Assembly: GCA_949358305.1 (NCBI GenBank)
Contig: OX442314.1
Location: 8,308,001 to 8,372,000, forward strand
Direction of reading: 5' to 3'
Length of the DNA stretch: 64,000 nt
From: Strigamia acuminata
Taxonomy: Eukaryota
The notes below the pieces were generated by a model that saw only the letters and a list, made by a program, of their open reading frames with translations, ran no database searches and had not been told where the DNA came from. A program made the translations under genes and the position numbers. Positions 13,601 to 23,475 of the stretch are shown piece by piece (position 1 is the first letter of the stretch; every line of letters starts with the position of its first letter).

Positions 13601-13659
13601 CAGCTGAGTTTGAAAAAGCAGTCAAGATCATAACTGACATGTTTCGAAAAAACTTGTAG
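10636..13659 (+). CDS. gag: Gag polyprotein, 1007 aa
   Basis: ATG 95 nt after the PBS. Capsid/MHR-like LKQRKGESLHSYMLRAENL and a CCHC knuckle CNLCKKLGHWQKDC (13528-13569). Also an N-terminal KRPRGRP motif and a coiled-coil-like region. Confidence 0.93.
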   Translation: MATPGEKRPRGRPAKRRVAIDLPAVDQEVTESQELFETMDQTANCNSAQLIVNEFTQALERQQPSPPSGQLDLKNPTGSGRSKSQNDDLNLRIQSSSAEHSLNSSPVQGAAQQDSENSNMEVSHSPVRVTMMDALREQARLEGVKVTSEMTVEQIHKAMVRKQSQKDVEIVRTSLQAEFERMHAEMHQQNAELKQQRANDHVKLLQLEQEKASWLITDEEQQQRLEQLNQAQKDLEIANENLRLANANLREANTNLMTAELTAPVRAREVIPSTSRNYENHAAEQAARAKRLAQRENEVFLARQQSVIDAGLAAKSQSTAEQLLRADLAAQARENEILRADLLTVQENFAVVVQKVQDVCGEDNFAKPAPVLQKGASKSPELIDLTSAKPKVSRQSSWTDSDDSRSSRGSRNSHHSRKKRKRQPDPTEYHSPKVTQDSDRFFSNSDRLIGMLEKKNKEREKPHDRGRSHDNPREGSPKRDCHNDIRDGPRYRGNPPGGDPPGGDSSDGHGGGHSRDHNSNGNRNGRGPPNGDRRPPDGDDPPDPDPPPNPNHESASDTDSSRPSVRGRSRHRTRSRTQRPDFYTKDEIDQLLRQNAQQQRKSRRDKIILQKISEFTSDKWTHQTTDEKFIRWDRVIPHAYNGNWQAGSNLLLEIFELGKVHSFSCEGALAHLVPRILVGGVKEWFRRKDFTKWDDFVKQFMFKFGESSEDIKTLWRCLKQRKGESLHSYMLRAENLLGRMPHAVTDATADDQFRAGLTEYSKNILMMSDAPDPGKFSELNEFMEVNQLRIDEKYKAYLTEAERSAYLKREKRLAEQNNETFNGLKLLQPPSYEDFLDEVDEKSSKKESSKKDVKNPHSVPKLHANITGAETPSSEAEEAEEEEETGDETMALLAKAAALLAKNNPVAGKWKPRMKPKNVSFDASKVNTERNSKSPAVSPERRSDARSRSASPAATKKKSPATDPCNLCKKLGHWQKDCPSSKKDKPVSTAEFEKAVKIITDMFRKNL

Positions 13660-13693
13660 ACGCAGATCCATCAGGTCTAGTGGACGCTGCGTC
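13647..13693 (+). promoter_or_regulatory. -1 programmed ribosomal frameshift signal
   Basis: Slippery A AAA AAC (13647-13653) in the gag frame, a 5-nt spacer, then the hairpin GACGCAG-A-TCCA-loop-TGGA-CG-CTGCGTC (13659-13693). pol is in the -1 frame and open from the slip site. Confidence 0.88.
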
Positions 13694-16600
13694 ACCTCCG
13701 AAATCGGAATCAGAGAATGAAAATCTGAAGATAATGGAAGATGTTGGAGAAGTTATTGATGAATTAATTCGTCAAACAGAACTAAAAGAAAAAGGATCTC
13801 TTGATGTAAAAAAGGAGATTGTCGGCGAAACCCCGACTGAAGAAGACACTTCCAATATTCAAGATAAAGTCGAAGTTAAAGACGATAGACCAAGCTCAGT
13901 TCCAGAGACACCTGGAATTGAGGAGTGCATTAAGTTATTTGCAGCTACAACTCTTGATACCAATGAGTTATTAGATGAATTGCCTTTGGAGCCTCCAATT
14001 ACAGTTCCTCATAAATTGCGCAAGTTTGAGTGCAAAGTGGCTGGAATACCAAACAGCCAAGACCTTCCGACGTTAAAGTTAGAAACGTTAAAAGGTGTAA
14101 TAACCGGAATGTTGGACTCAGGAGCAAATAAAAGCTTCCTAGCCACTTCAGTTATTAATCAACTAGGTCTAGAAAAATATCTACGACCTATCGGACCTGG
14201 TGTCAGAGTTACGACGGCAAGTGAAGAAGTCACTCCAGATGGAACCATCCATCTTTCATTTCGATGGACACATGGCACGTTACGTCATCCGTTCATCGTA
14301 ATACCAAATAAGTATCCAATGGTACTATTGGGTTGCGATTTTATGAATAAATTAAAAATCCAACCTAATCCACAGACGATGTCTTGGAATTTCACGCAAC
14401 CTATGGATGCAGATTTACCCTACATTCCACAAGCGTTGCTGGATCGTTATTTGGAGAAAATAGAGGAACCCGATTCCTCATTTATGACCTTTGCAAAAGC
14501 TTACGCTGCAAGTGTAACTCAAGGCAAAATTGATGAAGAGAATTTCATCCAAAAGTTAGTCGAAGAAGCTAACTTAAATTTGGAGCAATCCAAATTATTA
14601 GAAAAGATGTTATCCAAACATAAAAGGATTATTTCTAAAGATCCAGGTAAAACACACCTGGTTAAGCACAAAATTGAGCTTGACACGGAGAAACCCATCC
14701 GTGTCCCCTTTAAGAGCATAAACCCTCAAAAAAGGGAAATAATCAGACAACTTTGTCAAGACATGATTGACAAAGGCGTAGTCGTCAAAGCTGAAGGCGA
14801 TTACGGAATGCGGCCAGTCCTAGTCATGCGACCAGGAAACGACCCACGCTTGTGCATTGATTTTCGCCCCATCAATACACATACTAAGTACAACCCACCT
14901 CAAATGCCAACAATTGAGGAAATTCTGCGAGAAATCGGAGAATTCGAATGGGTCAGTACTATAGATCTGACCAAGGGATATTGGCAGATAGAATTGCGAC
15001 CTGAAGACAGAGAAAAAACTGCCTTCTGGAGCCCAATGGGAAGACTAATGTTTTTAGTCATGCCTTTCGGATTAGTAAACGCACCAACTACTTTCCAAGA
15101 ATTGATGGAAAAGGTTTTGGGTGACGTTTACAGAAAATTTGCATGGGCATATTTGGATGACATAATTGTTGTATCCAAATCGTTCGAAGAACACATTAAA
15201 CATTTAGATATAGTGTTTAAAAAATTGGCAGAAGCTAATTTACATGCGCACCCTGGCAAGACGCATCTCTGTAGAAAGGAATTAATTTTTCTAGGCTACA
15301 AAGTAGGAGTAGAAGGACTTGCAGTAGACCCTAAAAAAGTCGCTGCAATTACGCAATTTCCGGCTCCTACCAATCTTAAGGAATTACAAAGATTTCTAGG
15401 CATGGTGAATTTCTTTCACCGCCTAATCAAGAATTTGGCCACAGTGGCAGAACCACTAAGGCCTCTCTTGAAGAAAGATGCGGAGTTCGATTGGGAACTG
15501 CATCATCAGGCAGCATTCGACGCAATAAAAGACTTGCTTACGAATGCTGAAACAATGAAGATGCCTGACTTGTACATGCCATTTATTGTTCATACTGACG
15601 CCAGTAAACAAGGGTTGGGTGCAGCCCTTACACAAAAGAAAATTGTGGATGGCCAAGAAGTCGAAATGCCATGCGTGTATGCAAGCAGAAGCTTGCAACC
15701 CGCTGAAAAGAATTATACTGTGACAGAATTAGAATGTCTCGCAGTAGTATGGGGATTACGCAAATTTCGCCCATACTTAGAGTACACTACATTCACTGTA
15801 CAAACGGATCACCAAGCACTTAAGTGGTTGATGTCGTTATCTGACCCGTCGGGCAGATTAGCTCGTTGGCAAATGGAGCTGATGGCGTATTCGTTCGAAA
15901 TACAATACGTCAAAGGTCCGCTAAATGTAATAGCAGACGCATTGTCACGTGCACCTGTCAGCGCACCTGACGAACCAGAAGACGATGGCGATAATGATGA
16001 TTTATTATCATATTGTCCATCTCCTTGCCGAAGTTGGCAAATGGGAAAATTGAACGAATTACCCAAGTCAATAATAGTTAATGACGACGATCAAGCATTA
16101 ATTAATTTTTGTATTAACATGCATGATCCGTCAGGAACCCCTGACGTCGAATTAAGAGCTATGATGGCTAAAAAATTCGAGCTGCCAACAACAAATGTTT
16201 TAATTAAAGCATTTGCAGCTAAAATTGCGAAGCAATTAGAATGTGATCCTCCAACGAGAGATGACATTATTGCAGCGCAAAAAGCAGACGAATTTTGCCA
16301 ACATATTCGCAATTACTTGCTAAACAAGCAATATCCAAGTTACATAGTAACTCGTCTTCAAAGAAGAAACTTTGAAAGACACGCGAGTACTTATCTCATT
16401 GAAGAAGATATGCTACTCCATTATCATCCTACCTCCACCGATGAATTGGGAGAGGATGGTAGGGCACTTAAAGTTGTTGTGCCAAGAAAATTGATTTATA
16501 AAATCATTTGGTTGATGCACGGACATCCACTGTCCGGCCACCCAGGCATTGCGAGGACAATGTACCGAACTCGAAGAGTTTATACCTGGAAAGGTATGAA

Positions 16601-17906
16601 ACGTGATATTACACGTTTTATTCAACATTGTCAAGGATGTCAGGCATGTAAGCCGAGATCAAAGACCGAAATTGAAGGCGCTCAAATTGGACCATTTGGA
16701 CCATTTGACTGCCTCAGTGTGGATTTGTCTGGTCCCAAACCAAGAACCAGAAAAAACAATACCCACATTTGCGTCATCGTAGATGTCGCTACACATTGGC
16801 CCGAATTATTTCCAATGTGTAATCCAACGGCAATAAAAGTTGCCAACACAATTTATCACTTATCAATGACTTTCGGATTTCCGAGACAAATCATAAGTGA
16901 TAATGGACCACAATTTCGATCACAGGTCTATAAAGAATTTTGCAAAAAATTCGACATGTCGCGAACACCGACATCGATTTATCATCCACAAAGCAATCCT
17001 GTGGAGAGAACCAATCGAGATATTAAATATTTAGTTTCGATTTATTTAGATATTCATGACCAATGGGATGAGTATCTACGCGAATTTGCATTCAGTTTGA
17101 GAACAACTGTAACAAGAGGCAGAGATTATTCTCCTGCTTTCTTAAATTTTTTCCGAGAATTAAGAATTCCTTGGGATCCAAGAATTCCGGAAGGAATTTT
17201 AGTCATTGATCCAAAAAATCCGCATTTATATGTTCAGAAATTAGAAACAATAATTGCAGAGACGTATCAGCATATGATGTCTCACGTCTTAGATTTGAGA
17301 CGCCGTGTCGAAGCTGAAAAATCAGATAAGAAATTCGACAACTTCAGACAAAATGATTTAGTCTGGCGAGAGTCTCATATTCTCTCAAATGCCGCTAAAG
17401 GAATAGCAGCAGGCATTTCACCGAAAAGGAATGGGCCTTATGTAATTATCAAAAGGTTACAAGGAGGCGCCTTTCAACTTCGACGGCTGAGTGATAATAA
17501 AATTTATCCAGCTGTTCACGGCACTGAATTAATGCCGTACTTTCCCGTTTTCAACCAAGAAATTTGGCTGGAAGGGGAGGAAGTGGGTCAAAAAACAAAA
17601 AATATTGTTAATACCTTGGATGATGCTAAATTATCCAAAATTCCTGTCGAAAACACGGAATCGAGTAAAAAATCGAAACTCAAAAATAACGAAGTCGATG
17701 AAATAAACCAGCGACTTGAAAATGTTTCTCTTGATGAAAATCTAGAAAAGGAAATGTTTTTAGAAAAAGAGAAAATTTCAAACAATGAAGTATATAACTC
17801 ATCTGACATTGGAGACGATGCTGATGACAATCTAAACAAGTTGGATTGTACTTCGCGAAAGTCAAAGTACAACTTGAGATCTCGCGTTCCGCGAGCCAAG
17901 ACATAG
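13647..17906 (+). CDS. pol: Pol polyprotein (aspartic protease, reverse transcriptase, RNase H, integrase), expressed as a Gag-Pol fusion
   Basis: Motifs: protease LDSGA, RT YLDD, RNase H VHTDAS and ELECLAVVW, integrase H-x6-H...CQGC, D (SVDL), D (ISDNGPQF), E (VERTNR) and a GPY motif. The ORF is uninterrupted and has no ATG at its start. Confidence 0.97.
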   Translation, partial: KKLVDADPSGLVDAASPPKSESENENLKIMEDVGEVIDELIRQTELKEKGSLDVKKEIVGETPTEEDTSNIQDKVEVKDDRPSSVPETPGIEECIKLFAATTLDTNELLDELPLEPPITVPHKLRKFECKVAGIPNSQDLPTLKLETLKGVITGMLDSGANKSFLATSVINQLGLEKYLRPIGPGVRVTTASEEVTPDGTIHLSFRWTHGTLRHPFIVIPNKYPMVLLGCDFMNKLKIQPNPQTMSWNFTQPMDADLPYIPQALLDRYLEKIEEPDSSFMTFAKAYAASVTQGKIDEENFIQKLVEEANLNLEQSKLLEKMLSKHKRIISKDPGKTHLVKHKIELDTEKPIRVPFKSINPQKREIIRQLCQDMIDKGVVVKAEGDYGMRPVLVMRPGNDPRLCIDFRPINTHTKYNPPQMPTIEEILREIGEFEWVSTIDLTKGYWQIELRPEDREKTAFWSPMGRLMFLVMPFGLVNAPTTFQELMEKVLGDVYRKFAWAYLDDIIVVSKSFEEHIKHLDIVFKKLAEANLHAHPGKTHLCRKELIFLGYKVGVEGLAVDPKKVAAITQFPAPTNLKELQRFLGMVNFFHRLIKNLATVAEPLRPLLKKDAEFDWELHHQAAFDAIKDLLTNAETMKMPDLYMPFIVHTDASKQGLGAALTQKKIVDGQEVEMPCVYASRSLQPAEKNYTVTELECLAVVWGLRKFRPYLEYTTFTVQTDHQALKWLMSLSDPSGRLARWQMELMAYSFEIQYVKGPLNVIADALSRAPVSAPDEPEDDGDNDDLLSYCPSPCRSWQMGKLNELPKSIIVNDDDQALINFCINMHDPSGTPDVELRAMMAKKFELPTTNVLIKAFAAKIAKQLECDPPTRDDIIAAQKADEFCQHIRNYLLNKQYPSYIVTRLQRRNFERHASTYLIEEDMLLHYHPTSTDELGEDGRALKVVVPRKLIYKIIWLMHGHPLSGHPGIARTMYRTRRVYTWKGMKRDITRFIQHCQGCQACKPRSKTEIEGAQIGPFGPFDCLSVDLSGPKPRTRKNNTHICVIVDVATHWPELFPMCNPTAIKVANTIYHLSMTFGFPRQIISDNGPQFRSQVYKEFCKKFDMSRTPTSIYHPQSNPVERTNRDIKYLVSIYLDIHDQWDEYLREFAFSLRTTVTRGRDYSPAFLNFFRELRIPWDPRIPEGILVIDPKNPHLYVQKLETIIAETYQHMMSHVLDLRRRVEAEKSDKKFDNFRQNDLVWRESHILSNAAKGIAAGISPKRNGPYVIIKRLQGGAFQLRRLSDNKIYPAVHGTELMPYFPVFNQEIWLEGEEVGQKTKNIVNTLDDAKLSKIPVENTESSKKSKLKNNEVDEINQRLENVSLDENLEKEMFLEKEKISNNEVYNSSDIGDDADDNLNKLDCTSRKSKYNLRSRVPRAKT

Positions 17907-17958
17907 TGTTGTCTTTCACCTTTTGGGTTTACCCAAAAGATCCGAGAAAGCAATCTCG

Positions 17959-18144
17959 TGACGTCATTCGTAGTACCCACTCGAATGACAACGTTAATCA
18001 TACGTTATAATTAGTGACGTCACAAAGCGTCTCTAATCCAAGTTCGTGTTTGCAATCAACGAACTTAGTCACTTTTTCAAAAGTTTCGAGAGTGTATGCA
18101 TCGCATCGCCTACGTTACGACCCGAATAGTTCGACAACCTGATC
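17959..18144 (+). promoter_or_regulatory. Candidate internal promoter and non-coding first exon for ORF3
   Basis: Two perfect TGACGTCA palindromes (17959, 18015), Inr-like TTAGTC near 18065, a donor GTAAGT at 18145 and an acceptor TTTCTCTTTCAAG ending at 18210. Confidence 0.5.
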
Positions 18145-18248
18145 GTAAGTAATTTTTCTGTATGAAAAATTTGATAAAACATAAGATTTATGTATTATTT
18201 CTCTTTCAAGACGAAAGAATTTCCGAAATTACCGGAAAACGAAAGAGA

Positions 18249-20888
18249 ATGGACGAGGAAGCGATCCAACTCCAGGCGGACGGAGAAATGCCCATGGAAG
18301 GGGCAAATGAAGACGTTCAATTGACGCTTCAACAACGGGTAAATTATTAGAATAAATTTTTACCAAGTGTTTAAGTCAGAAAAATTGAGTAATTTCACTT
18401 TTCCTGACTTCAAACACAAGCCGCTAAAAAATAAAAATGGCGGCTATAAAAGTCACGTGCTTCAAGCATGTGCGAAGGGAGTTGCCATGACAACCAACAT
18501 CCCTTAGTGACTCACAGCCACAAGCGCTAAGCTTAAAAAATATTTCAAATAAGAAATTATTTGTTTATTTTTAAATAAACTAATTTATTTATTTTTCTTC
18601 GAATACAGATCGAGAGGGATCGAGAAACGCCATTCGCGCTTCCCGATCACGTGCCGACTCAGCACCCGCTGATTTTTCGAGCGGCATTGCCCGAAAAAAT
18701 CAGAAGACTGAAGACGGCAAACAATACCTGGTGGAAGTTGCGCCACGACTTCAGCAGATCAGCGCTGCAAGGATTTGGTGCAAAAGGAAGATTCATCGAG
18801 CGCCTTCACGTGGACGGTGTCGACGAAATCGAGTGGACGCTCGACGAGAGCCCCCCAGGACCGCTTGCAGCAGAGTTGCTGCACAACCAGTGGCCAGTGA
18901 CGCCACGAGAGCGTCACGAGCGCAGAAGAGCGCTAAAGAGTACCGGAATTAATTACGGTGCTCTAACCCAATTGAGGAAGAACCTCAAGACGACACAACG
19001 CGAAGTCGTTAAACGGTATCGCAAATCCGTTCGTGACGGGAACCCACAACTTCCCGTCACACAAACCGAGCTCCACCAGTTGGCGCTCGCCGGGTGTTTT
19101 AACGATTTTCCGGGATTTTTCCCGTCCAAAGCACTCAGAGCTGCCGCGGTGCAGCTTCGCGTCGACGAAAATCGACAACTGGCTCGAGAACACGAGGCAG
19201 AGGAGCAAGCGCGTTGCGCTCTCCCTTTTTATCAAGAAGATGAAATTCCGGCCCCAGCGGCCATCAATCCTCCGCCGCAAGACGAGGATTTGAGGGTGGG
19301 GCAACTCCCTCCGCCGGTTCCAGTCCGACCGATGTTCCGCGAATCAAGCCGCGATCGAGAGGAACGTCAGAAGCGATCACGCCCATATTCGACTGACGCG
19401 CAGCCATCACGCCCGCAGTCGCGACGAGGACGGACACCAGAGTCGTTTGGCTCGTCGTCTTCGCTGAGTTTTGAATCGGACTCCACAATTAAGTCCGCCC
19501 GAAGTAGCCGAACCGCCTCCACGTTCAAAGTGGACAACTCGGCTACTCCATACGCCATGAGACGTGTTGTCGGTGATATTTCTCCCGACTGTAGCGTGCC
19601 AGTACCTGGACATGCTAGCCGCTTGCCCGAACAAGGATATGTTTCCCGCTTGCCGGCTGGAGTTAGCAACCTGCAACTCCGGCCATTTTTTAGTGAGTCA
19701 TTCGGCCCACAATGGACCTGCTACGAGCAGCAACCCATTAGAGCACAGCAGGAAGTGCTCCAGAAGCTGGACGCATACCAAAGCGCCCAGATCGCCGAGT
19801 CGCAGAAGGACTGGCAGAGACTAGCTGAAAGGCTAGAAGTCTCCGACATCAATACCATTGATGATCCCCGTCTGATGGATTTTCAGCGTCAGCTAATTCC
19901 GGGGATGACTAGGGTGTTGTACCCTGGTGTTCTTCCTTCGCCAGGACAGGCGTTAGCGGCCATAACGTACCTTTGGACCGCGCCGATGGGCCTGTCGGAG
20001 AAGAAAGTCGAGCTGTGGTACCACCTCAGGCTCGACCCGCCTACGATCTTAGCCGAGCTAATAAAGCAAGTCGTAGCAAACGGTGAGACCGAAGAAGAGG
20101 CCGCCGTTCGGTTGCGAACCGAGTGGTCCTTTGCGAAGGCCACGGCGCGAATGACCGGAAGACCACCGCTTCCAGTTACAAGCGCCACAGCAGCTGCGTC
20201 ACTGGCTGTTTTCCAGTCGGCCCAAGAGGGCGCTGGATGTTCATTTTGGCCAGAGAACGCCGGAAGTTCTCAAACTCCAGCCGGAGTTCAACGGGTAGTC
20301 GAAACCCGTCAGCTCCCCGGTGTGGGTCGAGCACCGGGACGAGGCGTCACACCCTCGTCAACCTCCGCACCCGCGTTGGTTTTCTTGGGCCCGCAGTGCC
20401 AGTTTGACGATGCCACGACGGAAGACTCACGTCCGCCGCCGCCGCCAGCCAAGCCGGAGACGAAGGTCAAGCCGCTGAAAAAAGAGTCGGCTTTCAAGAC
20501 CCTAATGCGCCTGTATCCGCACTTCTATTTGACGCCGGATACGCGAACACTGCTTAGCAACAACCACAAGTTGTCGAGGCAGGTGTTTATGTGGCTCGAG
20601 GACCACATCCGGGTGTTAAGCCCACCATCGGTGCTCCATGATCGACTCCTGAGAGCACGATTAGCGCCAGAGGATCCAATCGAGTTCGCGGCGCTAGGAT
20701 TCTTCAACCGAGCGAACTCGGCAAGAATCATCCAGGTTTGGCTTCATGTCAACCCTGGAATGGTCTCCGGACCAAACGCAGGTCGCGACCTGTGTACGGT
20801 TAACGAGCGGTCCAACCCGAGGGACGACACCACGGATATGATGCGCCCGTTGACGCCTGAGCGAACTCAGACCATGGACGAATCATAA
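18249..20888 (+). CDS. Spliced ORF3 of the retrotransposon, unknown function, ~789 aa (exons 18249-18338 and 18609-20888)
   Basis: ATG at 18249 gives 30 codons ending CGG|GTAAAT. An AT-rich intron ends TTTTTCTTCGAATACAG at 18608, and this phase-0 splice joins in frame to the long ORF 18609-20888. No signal peptide or transmembrane segment is visible. Confidence 0.8.
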
Positions 20889-20927
20889 ATTGGTTCGTTC
20901 ATTTTCTCTCCATGTAAGATTCGTCTT

Positions 20928-20940
20928 AAATGGGGGGATG
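20928..20940 (+). promoter_or_regulatory. Polypurine tract
   Basis: AAATGGGGGGATG directly before the 3' LTR. Confidence 0.8.
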
Positions 20941-21899
20941 TGTGGTGATCTCAAAATATTCACCAACTTAGAAGATTAAATTAATTATCTTCTAATTAAT
21001 TTGACTGTGGCACACGCCAAGTCAGATCATGTGACCGAGGGGAGAAATCCTCTCTAGGCACATATCACCCCAGGTTGTCCGGGGTGAAAACGGTTATTAG
21101 CCGTTATGGTGCAATATGGTGTAATAACCACTAGTTGCACCCATTTGAGCTAAGTGCGCAGGTTTTCTGCGCAATATTGAAGCGTGCTGGGCTCGCGTCT
21201 TGGCTCAAATCGGGACTCTGAAAAATACAACAACAACCTCAACATCACTGCTTTTGCTCCTGAAAGAAAAGTATTGATAGAGGACCGTTGTAACTCAGTT
21301 TCACCTGCTATCTTTGTGTATCAAACGCACAAAGCCAGCAATCCTGCTTGAATTAGCCGTCGCTAATTCCAGCAATCGAGAAGAGAAGATTCCCGACGAT
21401 CGTGAACCATCGCCGTCGCTGTTGCGCGAACGACAGCCACCGCCATCGTACGAAAGCCGGACGCCTACAGCCGTCAACCACCGCCGCCGAGCCGTCGCAC
21501 GAGCCGTAGAAGGAGCCCACGAGAACCATCGTCTTCGACCATCGTTCGTGAGTTCGTAGAACGAAGACAATTTGCCTTCGCCTAACAACTTCAAGTTGTT
21601 TAAGCGCCATTTCTGACGCTTTGTAGCTTGCAACAGTCGTTGCAAGCCCTTCCTTTGTTTCATTGTTTCCCGCTCATTTTATTCTGTGATATTCATAATC
21701 ATAATTAGTATATATTGTAATTTATCGAATAAAACATTTGTGTGATTTTTATTACCATAATAAACTGTCTTTTTATTCCTATTTCCGTAAACTTAACCCT
21801 AGACAAGTTTCGGCCGCGATATAAGTCTTGTAAAGCATTCACCTGCGGTTTCTGCTTAATTTATTAGAAATTAAGTGGATAAAAACCCGGATCGCAGCA
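20941..21899 (+). repeat. 3' LTR (959 bp)
   Basis: Direct repeat of 9563-10521. The ORF-track translations inside the two LTRs are identical. Confidence 0.97.
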
Positions 21900-22444
21900 A
21901 TGTTTACATGGTCACAGTTTTCCAGATAAGTGAATATTCAGATTTTATTTATCTAGATAACCGTTTGCGTTTACATGACGTTAGTTTTCTGGTAAACATG
22001 ACGTCATACGAGAATTACCCACACTGCTCTTTGATTATCTGGAACAACAAAATGGCTGTTGATCCATTTCAGCCAAACAAATAAAATGGTGGTTAGGAAA
22101 GAGGTTTTTGCTCGAATCTTTGCAATGGTGCCTAATATGCAAATTCTGATCCCAAAAATGGTGGTTTTAGCTGATTTCACATTGATTTCGGTACCAAATG
22201 TCGTTGGTACGTAGGCCTAACTTATTTTTACTACAACGATCCGACGATATCTCGATCAAGTTTTTGAATTTTCGCATGCACGGGTGTTTACATGCAGTTT
22301 TCAATGCGCAAAACGCCCAAAATCTAGCTCATACAAATGGAATTTAGTTTTCCAGATAAGTCTGTCTTTTCTAGAAAACTGATTTGTTTACATGATCAGT
22401 TTTCCAGAAAAGTAAAATTCGCATTTTCACTTATGTAAACATGG
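21900..22444. mobile_element. MITE with CCATGTTTACAT TIRs, interrupted in its left TIR by the retrotransposon
   Basis: Removing the LTR element restores TA-CCATGTTTACAT (from 9557), which pairs with ATGTAAACATGG-TA ending at 22444. GTTTACATG recurs internally. Confidence 0.7.
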
Positions 22445-23069
22445 TAAATGAAATGTAAAAATTATATTGGAATAAAATACAAATTATTTCAATTGACATT
22501 TTATTGTTTCGGTCAGAAATTGTGTCATTTTAAATAAAATAATTGCTTCAACTTTCATGTGTGTAAAAGTATGCAAATTGGCAATAAAATTCTTTAAGTT
22601 TTCATTCTTCGCGCGATGAAATTACCTGTTTTTTATTACTCAATTAAGTGGTTTCATTTATTGATTTTCAATACTTTTTTTTTTCACTTTAAAATTGTAA
22701 ATGAAATTTTGTAAAAGTTAATTAATAATCAATAGAAAAAGTAAATAAAAAAACCTTTTAAGAAATCTAACAAGAATGAAAGCAAGAAAAAACCTCGAGC
22801 ACCAAATTTATGTTATTGTATTATCTGGCCTTTTCTGTTTCGTTTCTATGGAACATGCTTGGTTTATCAGACGATTAAAGGATAAAAAAATTGTTTCAAG
22901 ATGAACTGCACCAAATGTAGCTGTTAACTTACAACCAGACTTGCTGTGAGATCAACTAAGGTTTAGACAGAGATTTTACGTTCAGTTTTCCATGAAAAGG
23001 CAATCTATTAGTGCCAATACGTCAAATCTAATACAAAATCTATTAAATCTTGTACAATCTGTATCAAAA

Positions 23070-23468
23070 CTTTACTCTGTCCGTGTGTAACTTGAGCCTA
23101 TTTCCGATTGGCTGAGCCTTTTCACTTGTGTAGTAATACCAAAAGTAGATCAAAACAATGGTTGCCATTTTGACTGCTTTCCAGACGAAACAACCAATAA
23201 AAAAATTTGAAAATTGTTTTGTTACCTTGGAAGAAGCAAGCAATAAACTTAATAAACAGGAATGTTGAAATAAACCAACATAAATCTTTATTTTATGACT
23301 TCAAGATACATTTTCTTAGAAAATACAAACAACATTACGTCATTTCAACGATTAAAATCATCAAACAAATTAAAACCACTGAACTATTTTTCCTGGTGGC
23401 AGCACAGAGTGAGTTATGAGGCTCAGCCAATTAGAAATAGGCCCAAGTTACACATGGACAGAGTATAG
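23070..23468. mobile_element. ~400-bp MITE family with CTATACTC...GAGTATAG ends (representative copy)
   Basis: TIRs of ~50 bp. Related copies at ~2255-2530, 5270-5390, 27375-27774, 30357-30770, 35057-35487, 37256-37640, 39593-39850, 51745-52087 and 52151-52385 share motifs such as ATTGGCTGAGCC, CACTGGTGTAGTG and ACTACTTTTCC. Confidence 0.75.
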
Positions 23469-23475
23469 TACAAAT

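Larger units (their letters stand above)
9563..21899 (+). mobile_element. Full-length Ty3/gypsy LTR retrotransposon with three genes
   Basis: Direct LTRs offset by 11378 bp with TG...CA ends. TSD ATGT at 9559-9562 and 21900-21903. PBS, PPT, gag and pol (PR-RT-RH-IN order) are all present. Confidence 0.98.

Noticed and set aside
10948..18001. Antisense ORFs within gag and pol
   Set aside because: They are short shadow ORFs of the sense coding sequence.
18651..20888. ORF3 as an envelope gene
   Set aside because: No signal peptide, hydrophobic fusion peptide or transmembrane anchor, and few cysteines. Position alone is not enough.
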